Source: Octopus bimaculoides (Eukaryota). Taken from it: 64,000 bases of DNA. Positions 39,325-52,339 of this stretch are shown here, piece after piece; position 1 is the stretch's first letter, and the number at the start of each line of letters is the position of its first letter. The notes beneath the pieces are model-generated. The model was not told where the DNA came from. It saw only the letters and a list, made by a program, of their open reading frames with translations, and did not search any database. Location of the stretch: the NCBI RefSeq assembly GCF_001194135.2, contig NC_068982.1, forward strand, positions 51,332,305 through 51,396,304, read 5' to 3'. Position numbers and translations under genes: made by a program.

Positions 39325-39817
39325 AATGGGAGTTTAGATGCAGTGTGCAAGAGAGAAGACTGTGCCGGTTTGGTCATGTGATACGGATGGATATCAACAG
39401 CGCCATGAAGAAGTGCCAATCACTCAAAGTGGATGGAACTCGTGGAAGAGGGAGACCCAGGAAGACATAGGATGAAGTATTGAATGATGACCTCAGGACA
39501 CTAAAGCTTATGGGGGAGATGACAAAGGACCGAGTTATCTGACCTTGTAGTACTCAAGAAAATTCATCCTCCACTGCGGAAGTGTTAATGTTGTTCCTCC
39601 CAATGAAGAGGTTTGGCCTGTAAGATCCCTGTGCCAGTGCCATGTTATAAGCATCCAGCACAAACTGTAAAAGGATTGGCATTTAGGAAGGGCGTCCAGG
39701 CATAGAAACTAAACCAAATCAGACTGAAACCTGGTGTAGCTCTCCAGTTAGCCAGCTCTAGTCAAACCATCCAACCCATGCCAGCATTGAAAATGGACAT
39801 TAAAGGATGATGGTGAT
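39325..39817 (+). mobile_element. 3' end of an RTE-clade LINE (ORF end, 3' UTR and GAT tail)
   Basis: Translation ERRLCRFGHVIRMD...DGTRGRGRPRKT*DEVLNDDL matches the RTE LRWFGHVxRM...RGRPRKTW pattern. It runs directly into the ggaagggcatcc...ccaacccatgccagcat...gatgat tail found in many copies in this window. Confidence 0.85.
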
Positions 39818-40019
39818 ATAATAATCCTTATGAGAATTTCTGCAATTTTGTTTTTATCACTATAATCCTAACAGGCACTTTAAATAATTCACACACTTAG
39901 AAAACTCAGTTCCATATCATTTGTTAGTATGTGATACAAACACTTAAAATGGGATCTTTCGAAAATTAAATAGCACACAAAACTGACATCAAGGTTTGAT
40001 CGAGAAACTTGCTTCCAAA

Positions 40020-40123
40020 CCCTGAGGTTTGGAGTGCAGTCTCAGTGTGGTACCTCAAGCAAGTGCCTTCTACTGTAATAGTCCTGGCCAACTAGCCCTG
40101 GCCTGTAGTGTGTACATGTGTAT

Positions 40124-40199
<76 letters not shown>

Positions 40200-40430
40200 G
40201 GAGAAGAGTTATATATAGAGAGAGGGAGGGAAAGAGAAAGAGATGCATATATATGAGTGTGTCTTTGTGTTTTCCACCATCGCCAGTTTGTTTATGCCTC
40301 TATAACTTAACAGTTTGGAAAAAGAAACCAATAGAATAGGTATTAGAGTTGGATTTGATTGACTAAACCTTCCAAAGCAGTGACCCAATATAGCTGCAGT
40401 CCAATGACTGAAACAAGTAAGATAAAAGAT
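40020..40430 (+). mobile_element. Diverged SINE family A copy with an expanded CA/TA/GA microsatellite
   Basis: Recognisable B-box region and tail (cagtccaatgactgaaacaagtaagataaaag). Confidence 0.7.
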
Positions 40431-40922
40431 ACCAAAGTAGATGGATCCATTTTCACAAATGTTTCTAGGAATGTTTCATGCAATAATATTTCCATTAAAT
40501 TTTTCATATAAATTGAAATTATTTTCTAATTTTTTTAGCGTTTTCTTTATTAAGTGGTTAAATAGTCTTGGCACAAAAATATTTCCATTAAATTTTCAAA
40601 CTTAAAAAACCTTTCAACAATTTTCAAACAACTAGTTCATATTTTTCATGTTTGTTTAGTATGGCCCTCATTTTATCCCAATCGGGAATATTCATACACT
40701 GCTTGCATCTAGTCAAGTGAAAATTTCTTATTCTGATTAATCAATAATGATAATAACAATTATGAATACGCTCCAACCATTTGAATCATTAAAATTCATC
40801 TAAATAAGTAATAGGGGAAGAGAAAGAGTCTGTAATTAATTTTCATTATGATTCAGCATTTATCTGTCCAGCTAATTAATATCACTAACATTTTAAGTCA
40901 CTGATTTTTCTTAACGTTTTAA

Positions 40923-41137
40923 CCCTTTAGCATTACGATTGTCAAATGTAATGCTTATTTATTCATACTCTTTTGAATTACTCATGCATTATCTTTTTGA
41001 GTTGAGATTTCGACAATGTGCTTGTTTATTTTTAGTATGACATTGTAGGGTAGGTGTGAGAGGCTGAATATAGCCAGTTTAAACATAAAACAGGTATAAT
41101 ATCTGGGGCAGATATGACTGGTTTAAATGCTAAAAGG
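40923..41137. mobile_element. piggyBac-like MITE, same orientation as 35383
   Basis: TTAA|CCCTTTAGCATT...AATGCTAAAAGG|TTAA. Confidence 0.85.
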
Positions 41138-42740
41138 TTAAAATTACTTTCATTCACACCATCAACATATATAAGCACATGCCACAGAGGGTGGTTTCTA
41201 TGTGGTCACATAACATACCAGAAATAGCAGCAAAAATAACCCTTGAATCACATATTACAGCTTTCAAAAATATATTTCATTAGATGCACACACAATGCCC
41301 CTCCTCCACTACCACACAAAAAAAAATCCCATTAGCATTAAGAAATGAACAAATCAATGGTTATGACTTTAGAGCATTTTTTGGACAGGTCTACTCAATT
41401 AGCAACATATAAGCAGGTCAACTCATATTTGCAACATATAAGCAAAACATTAGTTCTTTTTTTTTTTTACTTAAAAATGATTATATAATTGTGTGACAAA
41501 GCTACAAATTAGTTTATATGAATATGGAAAATCAGATGTGAAACTTGTGATGATATATATGTAAATGGTGAACATAAAGTTAGCAAATTGAGAAAAATAA
41601 TTGCTAAGTTTAAATGTCATGTAGTGAAATAAGAATATTCAATTGCATCCAAACAGTCCCATTAAGAAGCATATGTTTTTATATTGATATCCAGAACACC
41701 ATTTACAATAATGCTGAGTTTCTATGAAACAGATTATTCTTGTCAAATCAGCCCAGACAAATCATTACACAGAAAATGTAGGAGGAAAATCAAAACAGAC
41801 CTGACCTTAGATCTTTCATCATTATCAAAAAACTGTTCCCAGTTTTCTTTGCAACATTCAAAATATTTAAAGTTACAATAACAAGAGAAAATAAATCTTC
41901 AAATATTCTATAGAAATTACCTGAGATTTAGAAATCTAGAGGTAAAAATATCTCTAACTAGTCTGAATTTGGCCACAGGTCCAACACTACGTATTGCTAA
42001 AGTTTGAAATAACAACAGCAATACAAAAGAGACAAGCAGGTAACAATACCAATACAAAGAAACAAGCAAAATATAATTTTAAATTTTATTTTATTGAGCA
42101 AGAAACCATGCAATCAGACAAAAACACTATCTATGCAGGAGTGGTAACTGGTGTATTAGTAAAAACAATGAAGATAAATAAGTACAGACGATGAAAGCAA
42201 TCACTTTTAAGGTTTGGTGTGCTATAAAGGTGATACAGTTTAACAGCATGTCCACACTGGATGCTAACTGGTTCAAATTTGAAACATTTTTTTTTTAAAT
42301 GTTGTTAATCTACCCCAACCCCGACACCCCTTTTTAATGCAAATATTGTTGCTAGAGCAAAAAAAAATGTTAAATATAAAATATATTTACCATTGAGCTA
42401 GTGTTAATATGGAAAGGAGAATGACAGAAAGAGGGAGAAAAGGAGCAGAAACAGTGCCATATGTATAGTATGCCATTTTTTCTTTTTTTTTAATTCTCCT
42501 ATATTATTTGATTTAAAGGTGTTAGGGAAGAAAGTTGTAAAATAAGCTACTATTTCATGCAATAAAAAGCATATATATATATATATATATATATATGAGA
42601 ATAAATAGGAGAGATATTGGATATATTTAAAAGAGCAACAATTTAAGGAAAATATATTTTTTTTAAATGTGTGTGCAATTATATATGGAAAGAAAAAAAA
42701 GGAGAGATAGCAGTAGTCAAATTTATTAAGTTTGACCTAC

Positions 42741-42887
42741 CGATAGCTGGCATTCCAATGATCTCAGTAACACTTGAGATCGGCTGTAGGATGCTCTTTG
42801 TAGTAGTAGTCAGGGCAACCACAGGACACGCAGTTGAAGGAGTAAGTGGAGAAGGAAGAGGAAAAGGAGGAGGTGGAGATGATGTTA
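42741..42887 (-). CDS. RPRD2: Internal 147-nt coding exon of the same gene (TSSPPPPFPLPSPLTPSTACPVVALTTTTKSILQPISSVTEIIGMPAI)
   Basis: Acceptor ttgtgtctttcAG|, donor ATCG|GTAGGT, phase 1-1, stop-free. The last G joins AA of the next exon to give GAA (Glu). Composition is Ser/Pro/Thr-rich like the downstream exons. Confidence 0.7.
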
Positions 42888-44263
42888 CTGAAAGACACAA
42901 CATCACTTTAAAAGACCAGCATCCAGAAAAAACACAGAAGACAACTATCAAAATGAAATTCGTAAGATAGAATAGCTGCCAACACTGTGACACTAACTGA
43001 TATAGATGCACTCTATATAATCAGCTAAGAAAAATGGCAGAATACAAAAAAAAAAGCTTTTTTTATATTCATATAAGCAAGCATCAATGAAAATTATGAC
43101 AAAAAAATGTTCATAGAATTTTCAAAATCATTATTGTCAAATTTTTCAATCTGGCAATATAGCTTACAGACATCTCTCCTTACATTTCTGAAAGCCTTCG
43201 TGCTTTCTCAAATTATTTTAGTGTTTAACTGTTCATTGTTAGTGTTCATCCCCCATCCTCTCCAGTCACTGCAGATCTTCTACCAAGGGATAGGAATACA
43301 CTTTTTACACATATCTTAACATGTGTGTGTCTACCATTTTATGAAGAGAGGAGATTTTTTTTTTTTTTTTTTTTTNNNNNNNNNNTTTTTTTTTTTTTTT
43401 TGTTTCAAAGAGGTAGTAGTTCTCAAAACATTTATTTCCCTACCCCTAAGCATTCATTATTCCACCTCATGCTTTATTCATAATTTCTATCAACTCCTCT
43501 GCAGTGTCCACAGCCTTCACAATATGGCTATTTATATATTCCAGAGGACTGTCCATATCAATCCTTCAGAGACATTACAACACTTTTAGTGGATAAATTA
43601 TGTGCACTACATATACAGTACTGAACATGTTGCTGCTCTCTTCTGCAGTAGCTCAAAATCACCTCCTTGCTGCTGGTGTTCTGTTGCTCTTACTATTTAG
43701 TCTTGGCCTGTTAAACTTGAAGCCTTTTGACTTAAATGAAATCTACCACATTTCGACCTTCATTTATCAGTTCTTTAAAAGATTCTCGAACATGAATGTC
43801 TGGTGGATGTCAACTTGTACATAATCTTAATGACTTCAGTCATTCTTACACCAACTTCCAATGTCTGCACACAAAATCTGAATTTCATTCATTGGCCAAG
43901 GTCTTCTGTCAAAAAATTACAGAATTTTGAAATTTTGACAAAAGTCAAAAAGCATTGTTCTTGAGCATTTTGAAGAAAAGAGTTTGGCAAGAAACCAACA
44001 GTTAATGCAAACAGCCAATAATTAATAAATTGAATAGGTACCAGATGAATTACAGTAGCTAACATCAGGAACATTCATCACCTGAAATCAATATGGTGCA
44101 GGTTCAATGGAAGTAGTGAATAAGTTCTGTTCTTTAGATTGTATAATCAGAACAACTGGTAGTTTAGAGTTTAAACTGGATGGAAAGTAAATATGGCTGT
44201 TTCAGCCTAAAACAATGTTTTTCACTCATCAGAGTATCTCACGTATGTGTAATAAATGAATTT

Positions 44264-44438
44264 ATTTTATGTTCAAACAACTCAGATAAAGCTTCTCAAA
44301 CCTACCCTACAATGTTGCTCTAAAAATAAACAATCTCATCATTGAAATTTTGAAGCAATGAGATAATGCATGATGAATTCAAAATAATGTGAATAAAATC
44401 AGCATTACATCTGACAGAATAATTTGAATACCAAAGGG
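44264..44438. mobile_element. Partial piggyBac-like MITE, inverted relative to 35383 and 40923
   Basis: cctaccctacaatg...gagataatgcatg...taccaaaggg matches the reverse complement of 40923-41137. Confidence 0.75.
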
Positions 44439-45627
44439 TAAAGTTGACTTAGTGGAGGTACAATATTAATTTACACACAAAAGCCCCAGCTTGTTATTTC
44501 AGAAAGCAACTAAGCACTAAAGGTCCTTAGTTGACAACTATGTTGTTATGGACACATAATGCAAAAAATGATGCATACAGGACAGGAGGGGAGAGAGGAT
44601 GTGGTGCATTATTTTATTATTATTATTGCAACTTGGTGGAATCTTTTGAAATATTTATAATACAATCTATTTAATTGTTTCTTTATATTTTAACAATTAA
44701 TTGAATAAAAATATTTCATCATACATCTATTATGATCTGATCACTGGTACTATAATAGATATCCATTTACAAGTTAATAGCTAGTTCTTATATATACTAA
44801 TTGTTTTCCCTTCTTTTTTTTTTTAAGAGATGCTCTCCAGTTGAAAGAAAGAAAAGAGATGACAAAGGGATAACATATATATCAAAATCTTGGGCATACA
44901 CAAACCCAAATATGCACCTTAATAGTGTTACTATTACAACATTACATAAAAGGTCAACTCTGAATAAGGAGACCTATGACCAAAGGCCTTCTAGCCATGA
45001 CTATATTATCTCTATATTTTTTACATAAAGTGTGTCGAATAAGAGTTTCCTTTTAAGATGGTTGGCTGGGTAATGTGGAAGTGATCTGGCTGCTTTTTTT
45101 CTTGCAGATGAGTATGTGTAGACCGTCCCTCACTATTTGTTTACCCAATATGTGGTTCCTTTTTGTTTCAGGTGATGCTTTTAGTTCTTGTTTTCGTTAT
45201 TTATTGTTCGATATTTAAATACAGTAAATTTACACTACACACACAGTAACTATCAGCTTATGGTTTAAGTCACAAGCTCAACACTTTCAAACTGTTGTCT
45301 TCCATTAATTCTCTGGACATCATTTAACTTAATATACTGAGAGCTTATCAAGAAGGGGCATATGAATTCCTAGGTTTCGTGTTGAGACCACATACCATAA
45401 ATATGTGGGTATGTATGAACACACACACATGATTAATCCATATCTATGCACACACATACTTACAATGTGTTGGTGTGTAAATCAAAAGTCATCAACTTAT
45501 AAACTTATCACCAAATAAGATTAAGAACTTTAGAAAGCATTATGAAGTTTGAGTTAAGAAAGGAAAGTTCAAAATGTTGGCAGCTATTTAAAAAAATTAG
45601 ATCATACTAGTTCATACATACATATAT

Positions 45628-45842
45628 ATACAATTAAACCTTGGGAGAGGCATTATGCTGGTAATAAACACATGCACTGATTCAGTCCTTTATTAATTTA
45701 TAAACAGTATTTAGTTTTTTTTTTTTTTTCAACTAAAAACTAAAAAACTAAATACTGTTTATAAATTTATAAATTAATAAAGGACTGAACCAGTGTGTGT
45801 GTTTATTACCGGCATAATGCCTCTCCCAAGGTTTAATTGTAT
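45628..45842. repeat. Intronic fold-back with arms of about 95 bp
   Basis: tacaattaaaccttgggagaggcattatg...aacagtatttagttttt is mirrored by aaaaactaaatactgttt...cataatgcctctcccaaggtttaattgta. Confidence 0.95.
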
Positions 45843-46900
45843 TTCTTTCAACACACGTATCCACATCAAGAATCTTGCACACCAAATACACATACAAAAT
45901 ACATATATATATATATATATATTTAAAAATGTTTAATGAATCTTTGTATTTTTCAATAGTGTGTAAAAGACTGAAAATACTATAACTCAATGACATAACA
46001 TTGAGAATTAAAGATATTGGTGAGAATATAAAGAGTGAGAACTAAAAGGTGGGAATTGATGTTTTCAAAGAGTCAAAACTCAGAAATTTGCTGTGAAAAT
46101 ATGACATATCAACAATGAAATAGTCATACTGTCATAATAAAAATTGCAACTTAAAATTCAACTGTTCAAAATTAAGGTAATTTAATTAGTTTATTAAAAA
46201 AAAAAAATTTAAAAAAAGAGAATTTATAGAATAAATATCATCAGATATTGAAAATGTTTATTAAACAAGATGGAATAATCTGATATAGTTTTAATCATTG
46301 AACACCTATTATATTATTATTATATTATTTAATATCACACCAAGACATTCTTCAAGGTTAATTTAACACGTTCTCATTAAAAACTAACATACTATATAAT
46401 TCAAATAAAGCATCATTACTACGACAAGAAATGTTTTAAAAAGTCATAACAAGATTGTCATTTTTAATTCTGTAACAGCTTTATTGGTTCCTCATTTAGT
46501 GTACAATCCAAGAGAAAAAAAAACTGTGTCAAGATCTTGGTACGTAGCTTCTAGGCTATCAGGCATTTACTATAACTACAAGTCACATTTATATAAATTT
46601 TTGAAAAAAACAAATCATCACAAAACAAGATCATAATATAGAGAAAATGATCTTTTGATAGTCACTGCAATGAACAAATGTTATTGAAACAGGCCACTGT
46701 TATAGGTTTTCAACATGACAAACACTAGGTTCCACAAAATATATATATATATATATATANNNNNNNNNNNNNNNNNNNNNNNNNNNNNNNNNNNNNNNNN
46801 NNNNNNNNNNNNNNNNNNNNNNNNNNNNNNNNNNNNNNNNNNNNNNNNNNNNNNNNNNNNNNNNNNNNNNNNNNNNNNNNNNNNNNNNNNNNNNNNNNNN

Positions 46901-46951
<51 letters not shown>

Positions 46952-46984
46952 AACAGACAGAGGTTGCATAATAGATTAGTGGTC

Positions 46985-47810
46985 AGTGACTTCAAAATGA
47001 GAGCTACCCCAAGCCAGAGACCAAAATGATTTGGAGAAAAAGACATGAAAGTTGAAAGAGCTTTCCACTGGTCATAGTTTAAGAAGATATCAATTATGAC
47101 AGAAAAGGAAATAAAGACTAGCAACATACAGCAAAAACTGATAGTTTTTATAGGACAACCTGCTGAGGGCTACAGAACAGATCCGAGCCTGGTGTAAGGT
47201 CCCAGCTAAATGCAAGATGACAAAGAAGCAATATTGTAGCAAAGTCATAACAGCTAAGCAACAGACTTGGAATGACTGGAAAAAAGGGGCAGCAGAGAAA
47301 AATATAAACCAGTATGTAGAAGAGAAAATAAACATTGAGTATACATAAAGTAAACTTAGCCAAATCAAAAGATTTAGAAAGGACAAGAGGACTTTGATAC
47401 CACCAAGGAAATGGCCATGCTTCATTTCTAGAAAAGGAGTTGGTAGAAATTCCATGTGTGCCCAGTGTAAACAATAGACACACAAGTGGTGTAGTGGGAT
47501 CACAGGTAGATTTCCTATGCATTAGGAGAATGGATTCTCTCAAATGCCCAGGGAGTTTACTAGAAGTAGTTGATAGCTTTTGTTTTAGCTAGGTGAACTA
47601 ATTAGTAGTAGGACAAGTGTACCAAAGCATAATAGATAGAACAAGAATGGGTTGCAAAAAGTTCAGAGAGCTATTACCTCTGTTGGCAACAAAGGGGCTT
47701 CTCCTTCAAAATGTAGAGCAGCTTGGATTATGTTTGCATGCATCAAGCAATGACTTAGGACTGTATCATCTGGCAATATGTGGCATAAAGAAGACCTGAC
47801 CTACAGTATA
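46985..47810 (+). mobile_element. Degenerate RTE-clade LINE reverse-transcriptase fragment
   Basis: GKWPCFISRKGVGRNSMCAQCK (Cys-rich insert of RTE-type RT), LEVVDSFC and RTRMGCKKFRELLPLLATKG; stops and frameshifts. Confidence 0.8.
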
Positions 47811-50334
47811 ACCTTGGTGAAATTCATATAAAAAGAGTGGAATCATGATCACAGCCAGGATATGTATAAATACTAAAGTCTCCTTGCTTATTCTATAACT
47901 TATCGTCCATCTATCACCTCTTTTCCTATTCACCATACCAAGCCACTCACAAAATGCATCCTGAACCTTCCCTCCTACTCCCACTGTCCATATCTTAAAA
48001 CTCTTCTTACCTGTGTCATTCCAAATCTAAAGGGGAGAGATTTTGCTTCATATTTGTTGATATCTGATGAGCTTCTCCATTTACCTTCCAGAGCTGCTCA
48101 CCACTGCCCCGTCAACCTCACTTCCTTCTGGTCATATTTCCAGTCACACATCACTCACTCTCTTCATCTTGACGATCCATCTCCATGTTCTCCCTTACTA
48201 GTTAACATTACCTCACCCCCAACCTTCTATATTGATGGCTGTTACTCCCACTCCTCCAGGTAACACTTTACTGTTAGCAGTCATTTCAATATTCCACTTA
48301 TAATCCATCCATCTTTACACACTCCTGTTACTACTGTTTGCTCCTGTAGCACTATCTCTTCCATTTCTCCCCACCTCTTCTACCAATGTCCACCCTCTAC
48401 TATTGCCCTCTCTTCTACCCACCAATTGTTATGTTAAGCTGAACAAATGGAGACAACAAAGAACAGTGAGGATCTTGGAACAAGGCAACTTCACAAGCGC
48501 TGGTGTTAAAATAAAGTGCAACTTTATGAAGTGATGGATGAATGACTGGGAGTGTCACAGGTTCAAAAGAATCCTAAGACTTTTCTTGATAGGAACATGA
48601 AAACTTTTCTGATGTTGGGATCAAGAAAAATGCATCCAGTATATATTAAAAGGGTTGGTAGATATGTGGTGACATTGCAGAATTCAGGAGAAGTCTTTAA
48701 TCCAGTTTTGTCAAGGACATGACAACCTTTCTAGAGCTGGTGGCATGAAAATATACACCCAGTACACTCTGTAAAGTGCTTGGTGTTAGGTAGGGCATCA
48801 AGCTATACAAACCATGACAAATGAAAATAGACAAGACAAGCACGGTTCCTTTCTAATGCCTGAGAGGACAATAACCCCAGACAAAAATGGACTCAAACTG
48901 TGAAACCCAGCCAACCCATACCAGAATAGAAAGTAGATGTTTAATGATAATATATGAGAAAGAGAGAGAGAAAAGAGAGCATTTGTTAAATGTTACAATA
49001 GCATTAACATCAATATCTCTTGAAGATGTAAGATTATTTTACATACACAATGAGTAAAATAAGAATGCCATCAAAATTTAATACCCTTACAGCTAGTTCT
49101 CTTAGAAATAGGCTCACCAGAAATCCCAAAGGATTACCCTAGCAAGATAATATGCACTCTTATATGAAGATAGATCATTTTTGTTAGTTTGTGATTGCAT
49201 ATGTTGCTCTTGCATGTTTGGTAGGTTGTTAAACAACTAAGTACAAAACCCAGACTGAAAGAATCTCACCTAAAAAGGATGCTGCTGTCTGGATTATGAA
49301 GCATTGCCACAGGGTTTGAAACTTGTCGCTAGGAATTTCACATGATGACCTCCTTAAATGAACATCAAAGTCTAGGTTGAAACTTTTGAGAATAACTGGT
49401 GTGATTGTGATTGCATAGAGGACTTCTGGGTTGAGTAAAATAGATAACTTCTAGAAATCCTTGGCAGGCAGGACTGCCAAGGTGCTCAACCAGATTTGTA
49501 ATCACACACATTGCAATGGAAAAATATGGACATCTTTGTTGAACTAGAAAGATTATCTTTGAGAAACCTAAAGAGTTTCCTTCACCCTCATTGGCCTTCA
49601 TTCCTGTTCTTCCTTTTTTGCATAGCTTTTGACAAGTAGATGCCTTTCCTACCATAAACCACTTTAGAGCATGGTTTGTGGGTATTTTAATACAGAAATT
49701 GTGTTGCATAGTTTTTAATCAAAGTTTCTGCTCTCCTGAACATGTCTTTAAACTCTGTAGGTAAAAAGGTCTGGCTGAAAAAGTAATTATGTCATAGTGG
49801 CAATTTATGATCCCTGGAAAAAAATAAAACAGTGTTTCTAGAATGTGTGGGTGAATGATTAATTGCAGCTTATTGCTGGAACTCATGGTGGTTATCCTTA
49901 AATGTATTCTCTCTTTTGAAAGTGAGCTTATGTTAAACAATTACTACAACGTATAGAGCAGATTATGTTTTCTGTCAAGTCTATCATAAAGATGCGTCTT
50001 CACTTTTCTTTTTAACGAAGAAAATTAGGTAACATTTTTTTTTTGTGTCTGGAGGCCATAAACTGCGAGGTTTGAGCCAGATATTGTCCTTTCTGATGAA
50101 GTATTCACTGATTTTGTTGTTTTAATAGAGTGCTTAACTAAATACTTCTACATTGTATTAATATTGCCTTATCAAAAGATCAAACATCACAAGTTATTCA
50201 TTATCAATGGTAGTAGAGAGGCATATCCTGTTCTTTGTTAACTTTTAAAAGTGCATTGTACAGTTAAGTTTTCTGTTAGACAATTTCAGTGCAGTACACC
50301 CTGATAGGTCTCTCTCTTGACCTATATTCTATCT

Positions 50335-50766
50335 ACAAGGTGTACTCCACAGTTTGGTTATGCTTTCCATTTTTCCTTTGTACATTAATGGTCTACATGC
50401 TGATACTTATAAAAACATACACTTCTGTGTAGATGATACCACTCTCCACACTTAAAACCTTTTGCAGTACACAAATATCATTCACCTCCAACCTAAACAG
50501 GTTATGCCAGACTTACAATGGTGCCATGAATAGAAACCTTGAAAACAACTTCAATGGGGACTGGAAACCTAACGAATACAACACATATTAGATTCACAAC
50601 ACTACATTCTTCCTATGCTTGAACATATAAGCAATGCCCTCAAAATTCATAATCTCTGGTGATCCCTCAGAGACCATGCATTCTAAAGACTAGGCTTCCA
50701 CTGCTGAAGCCAGAATATATTTTAATCTTAAGCACTCTTTGGAATGGTACTCTCACACCTAAGGTG

Positions 50767-50810
<44 letters not shown>

Positions 50811-50912
50811 NNNNNNNNNNNNNNNNNNNNNNNNNNNNNNNNNNNNNNNNNNNNNNNNNNNNGTGAGTGAGTGAGTGAGTGAGTGAGTGAGTGAGTGAGT
50901 GAGTGAGTGAGT

Positions 50913-50959
<47 letters not shown>

Positions 50960-51290
50960 CGAGAGAGAGAGAGAGAGTTTAGCTAATTGACAAAAACCCA
51001 TTAAAATGTTACAACTACTATCTCACAAATCTGACTATTTCTTCTCTTAGCTAGTTTTACTGCTACTACAATGACTTCAGCACTTCTGAACTTGAGCTGC
51101 TTATCACCACCTCTTTGGCACACCAGCTGCCCCAACTCATTGCCTTTATCTTTCAGACCACACAACAGACATTTTTCCCAATCATTCCTTTCCAAGGTTG
51201 CAACCCTTAGAATTCCCCTCTTGCTTGCCAATGCTCTCCCACCAGGCATCAGTTTACAAGAAGCTCAAACTGAACATCAATTCCACTACT
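50335..51290 (+). mobile_element. Degenerate CR1/L2-type LINE RT and 3' region, interrupted by (GT)n/(GAGT)n/(GA)n
   Basis: QGVLHSLVMLSIFPLYINGL...IHFCVDDTTLH resembles GVPQGSVL.P.LFLLYINDL...YADDTTL. Downstream SFLSKVATL...NALPP resembles SFFPRT..LWN.LP. Confidence 0.65.
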
Positions 51291-52339
51291 CTGGGAGGCC
51301 CTACAAAGATCATGAATGCTCCTTTCTGACTTGCATACATATGAATTATTATTATTAGTTATTGGAAAGTGACAATCCATCAATGATTACAGTTAGAATG
51401 TGTGCAGTATAGGTTGAGAAACTACATTAAAAACACCAACATTACATACACATGTAAACGTTCATGTGCACACTCACACTCAAATGCAAAGGCTAGTATC
51501 GGGTAGAACAAACTTGCTCGTAAGAGCCACATGTGATAAACTACAGATGTTTGAGTTACAAGATATGAACAATATTTACTTGTAGGTTTATATTGTTCAT
51601 CATCATCATTTAATGTCTGTTGTCCATGCTGGCATGGGTTGGATGGTTTGATCAGGGCTGGCAAGCTGCACCAGACTCCAGTCTGATTTGGCATGGTTTC
51701 TACAATTGGGTGTCCTTCTTAACGCCAACCACTCTGAGAGGGTAATGGGTGCTTTTATGTGCCACCAGTACAGGTGCCATTTGCAGGACACCAGTATCTG
51801 CCATGGCTGCAATTTTACTTGGTCTGATGGGTCTTTTTCTCAACTACAACATAATACCAAACATCTCAGTTATTGCCTCCATGAAGCCCAACACTCGAAA
51901 GGAACTTTCTACATGCCATCAGCATCAGCCACTTTGCCTCTGTGAGGCCCAACATTCAAAAGGTACTTTTTACATGCCACCGACATGGGTACTAGTTATG
52001 TAACACCAGCGTCAGCCACAACTATGATTTCACTTGGCTTCAGAAATATGTGTACGCAATAATAATAATATTCACTCGTAAATGTAATTGATAATGTGAT
52101 TTAGTTTCAGTAACTACAAAGTACACATATAAACCAAATGCTTTAAAAATCTTGACTGGTGATTGTTTTTACTTAATTGAGTGGCTTTAATACAATAGTA
52201 AACTATGGGGACATCTTAGAAAAATATTAATTTGTGTTTCAGTAAATAAACTAAAACAAAAAATTAATTTCTTATTGATATTTGTCTTTAAATATCTGAA
52301 AACATGAGAGAAATGTATTAAGTAAGAGCTCTTATGGGT

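Noticed and set aside
41745-41825. C box (ATGATGA) and D box (CTGA) about 75 nt apart on the minus strand; 11-nt match to 18S rRNA
   Set aside because: No terminal stem, and the rRNA-antisense stretch is on the opposite strand from the boxes. Likely chance.
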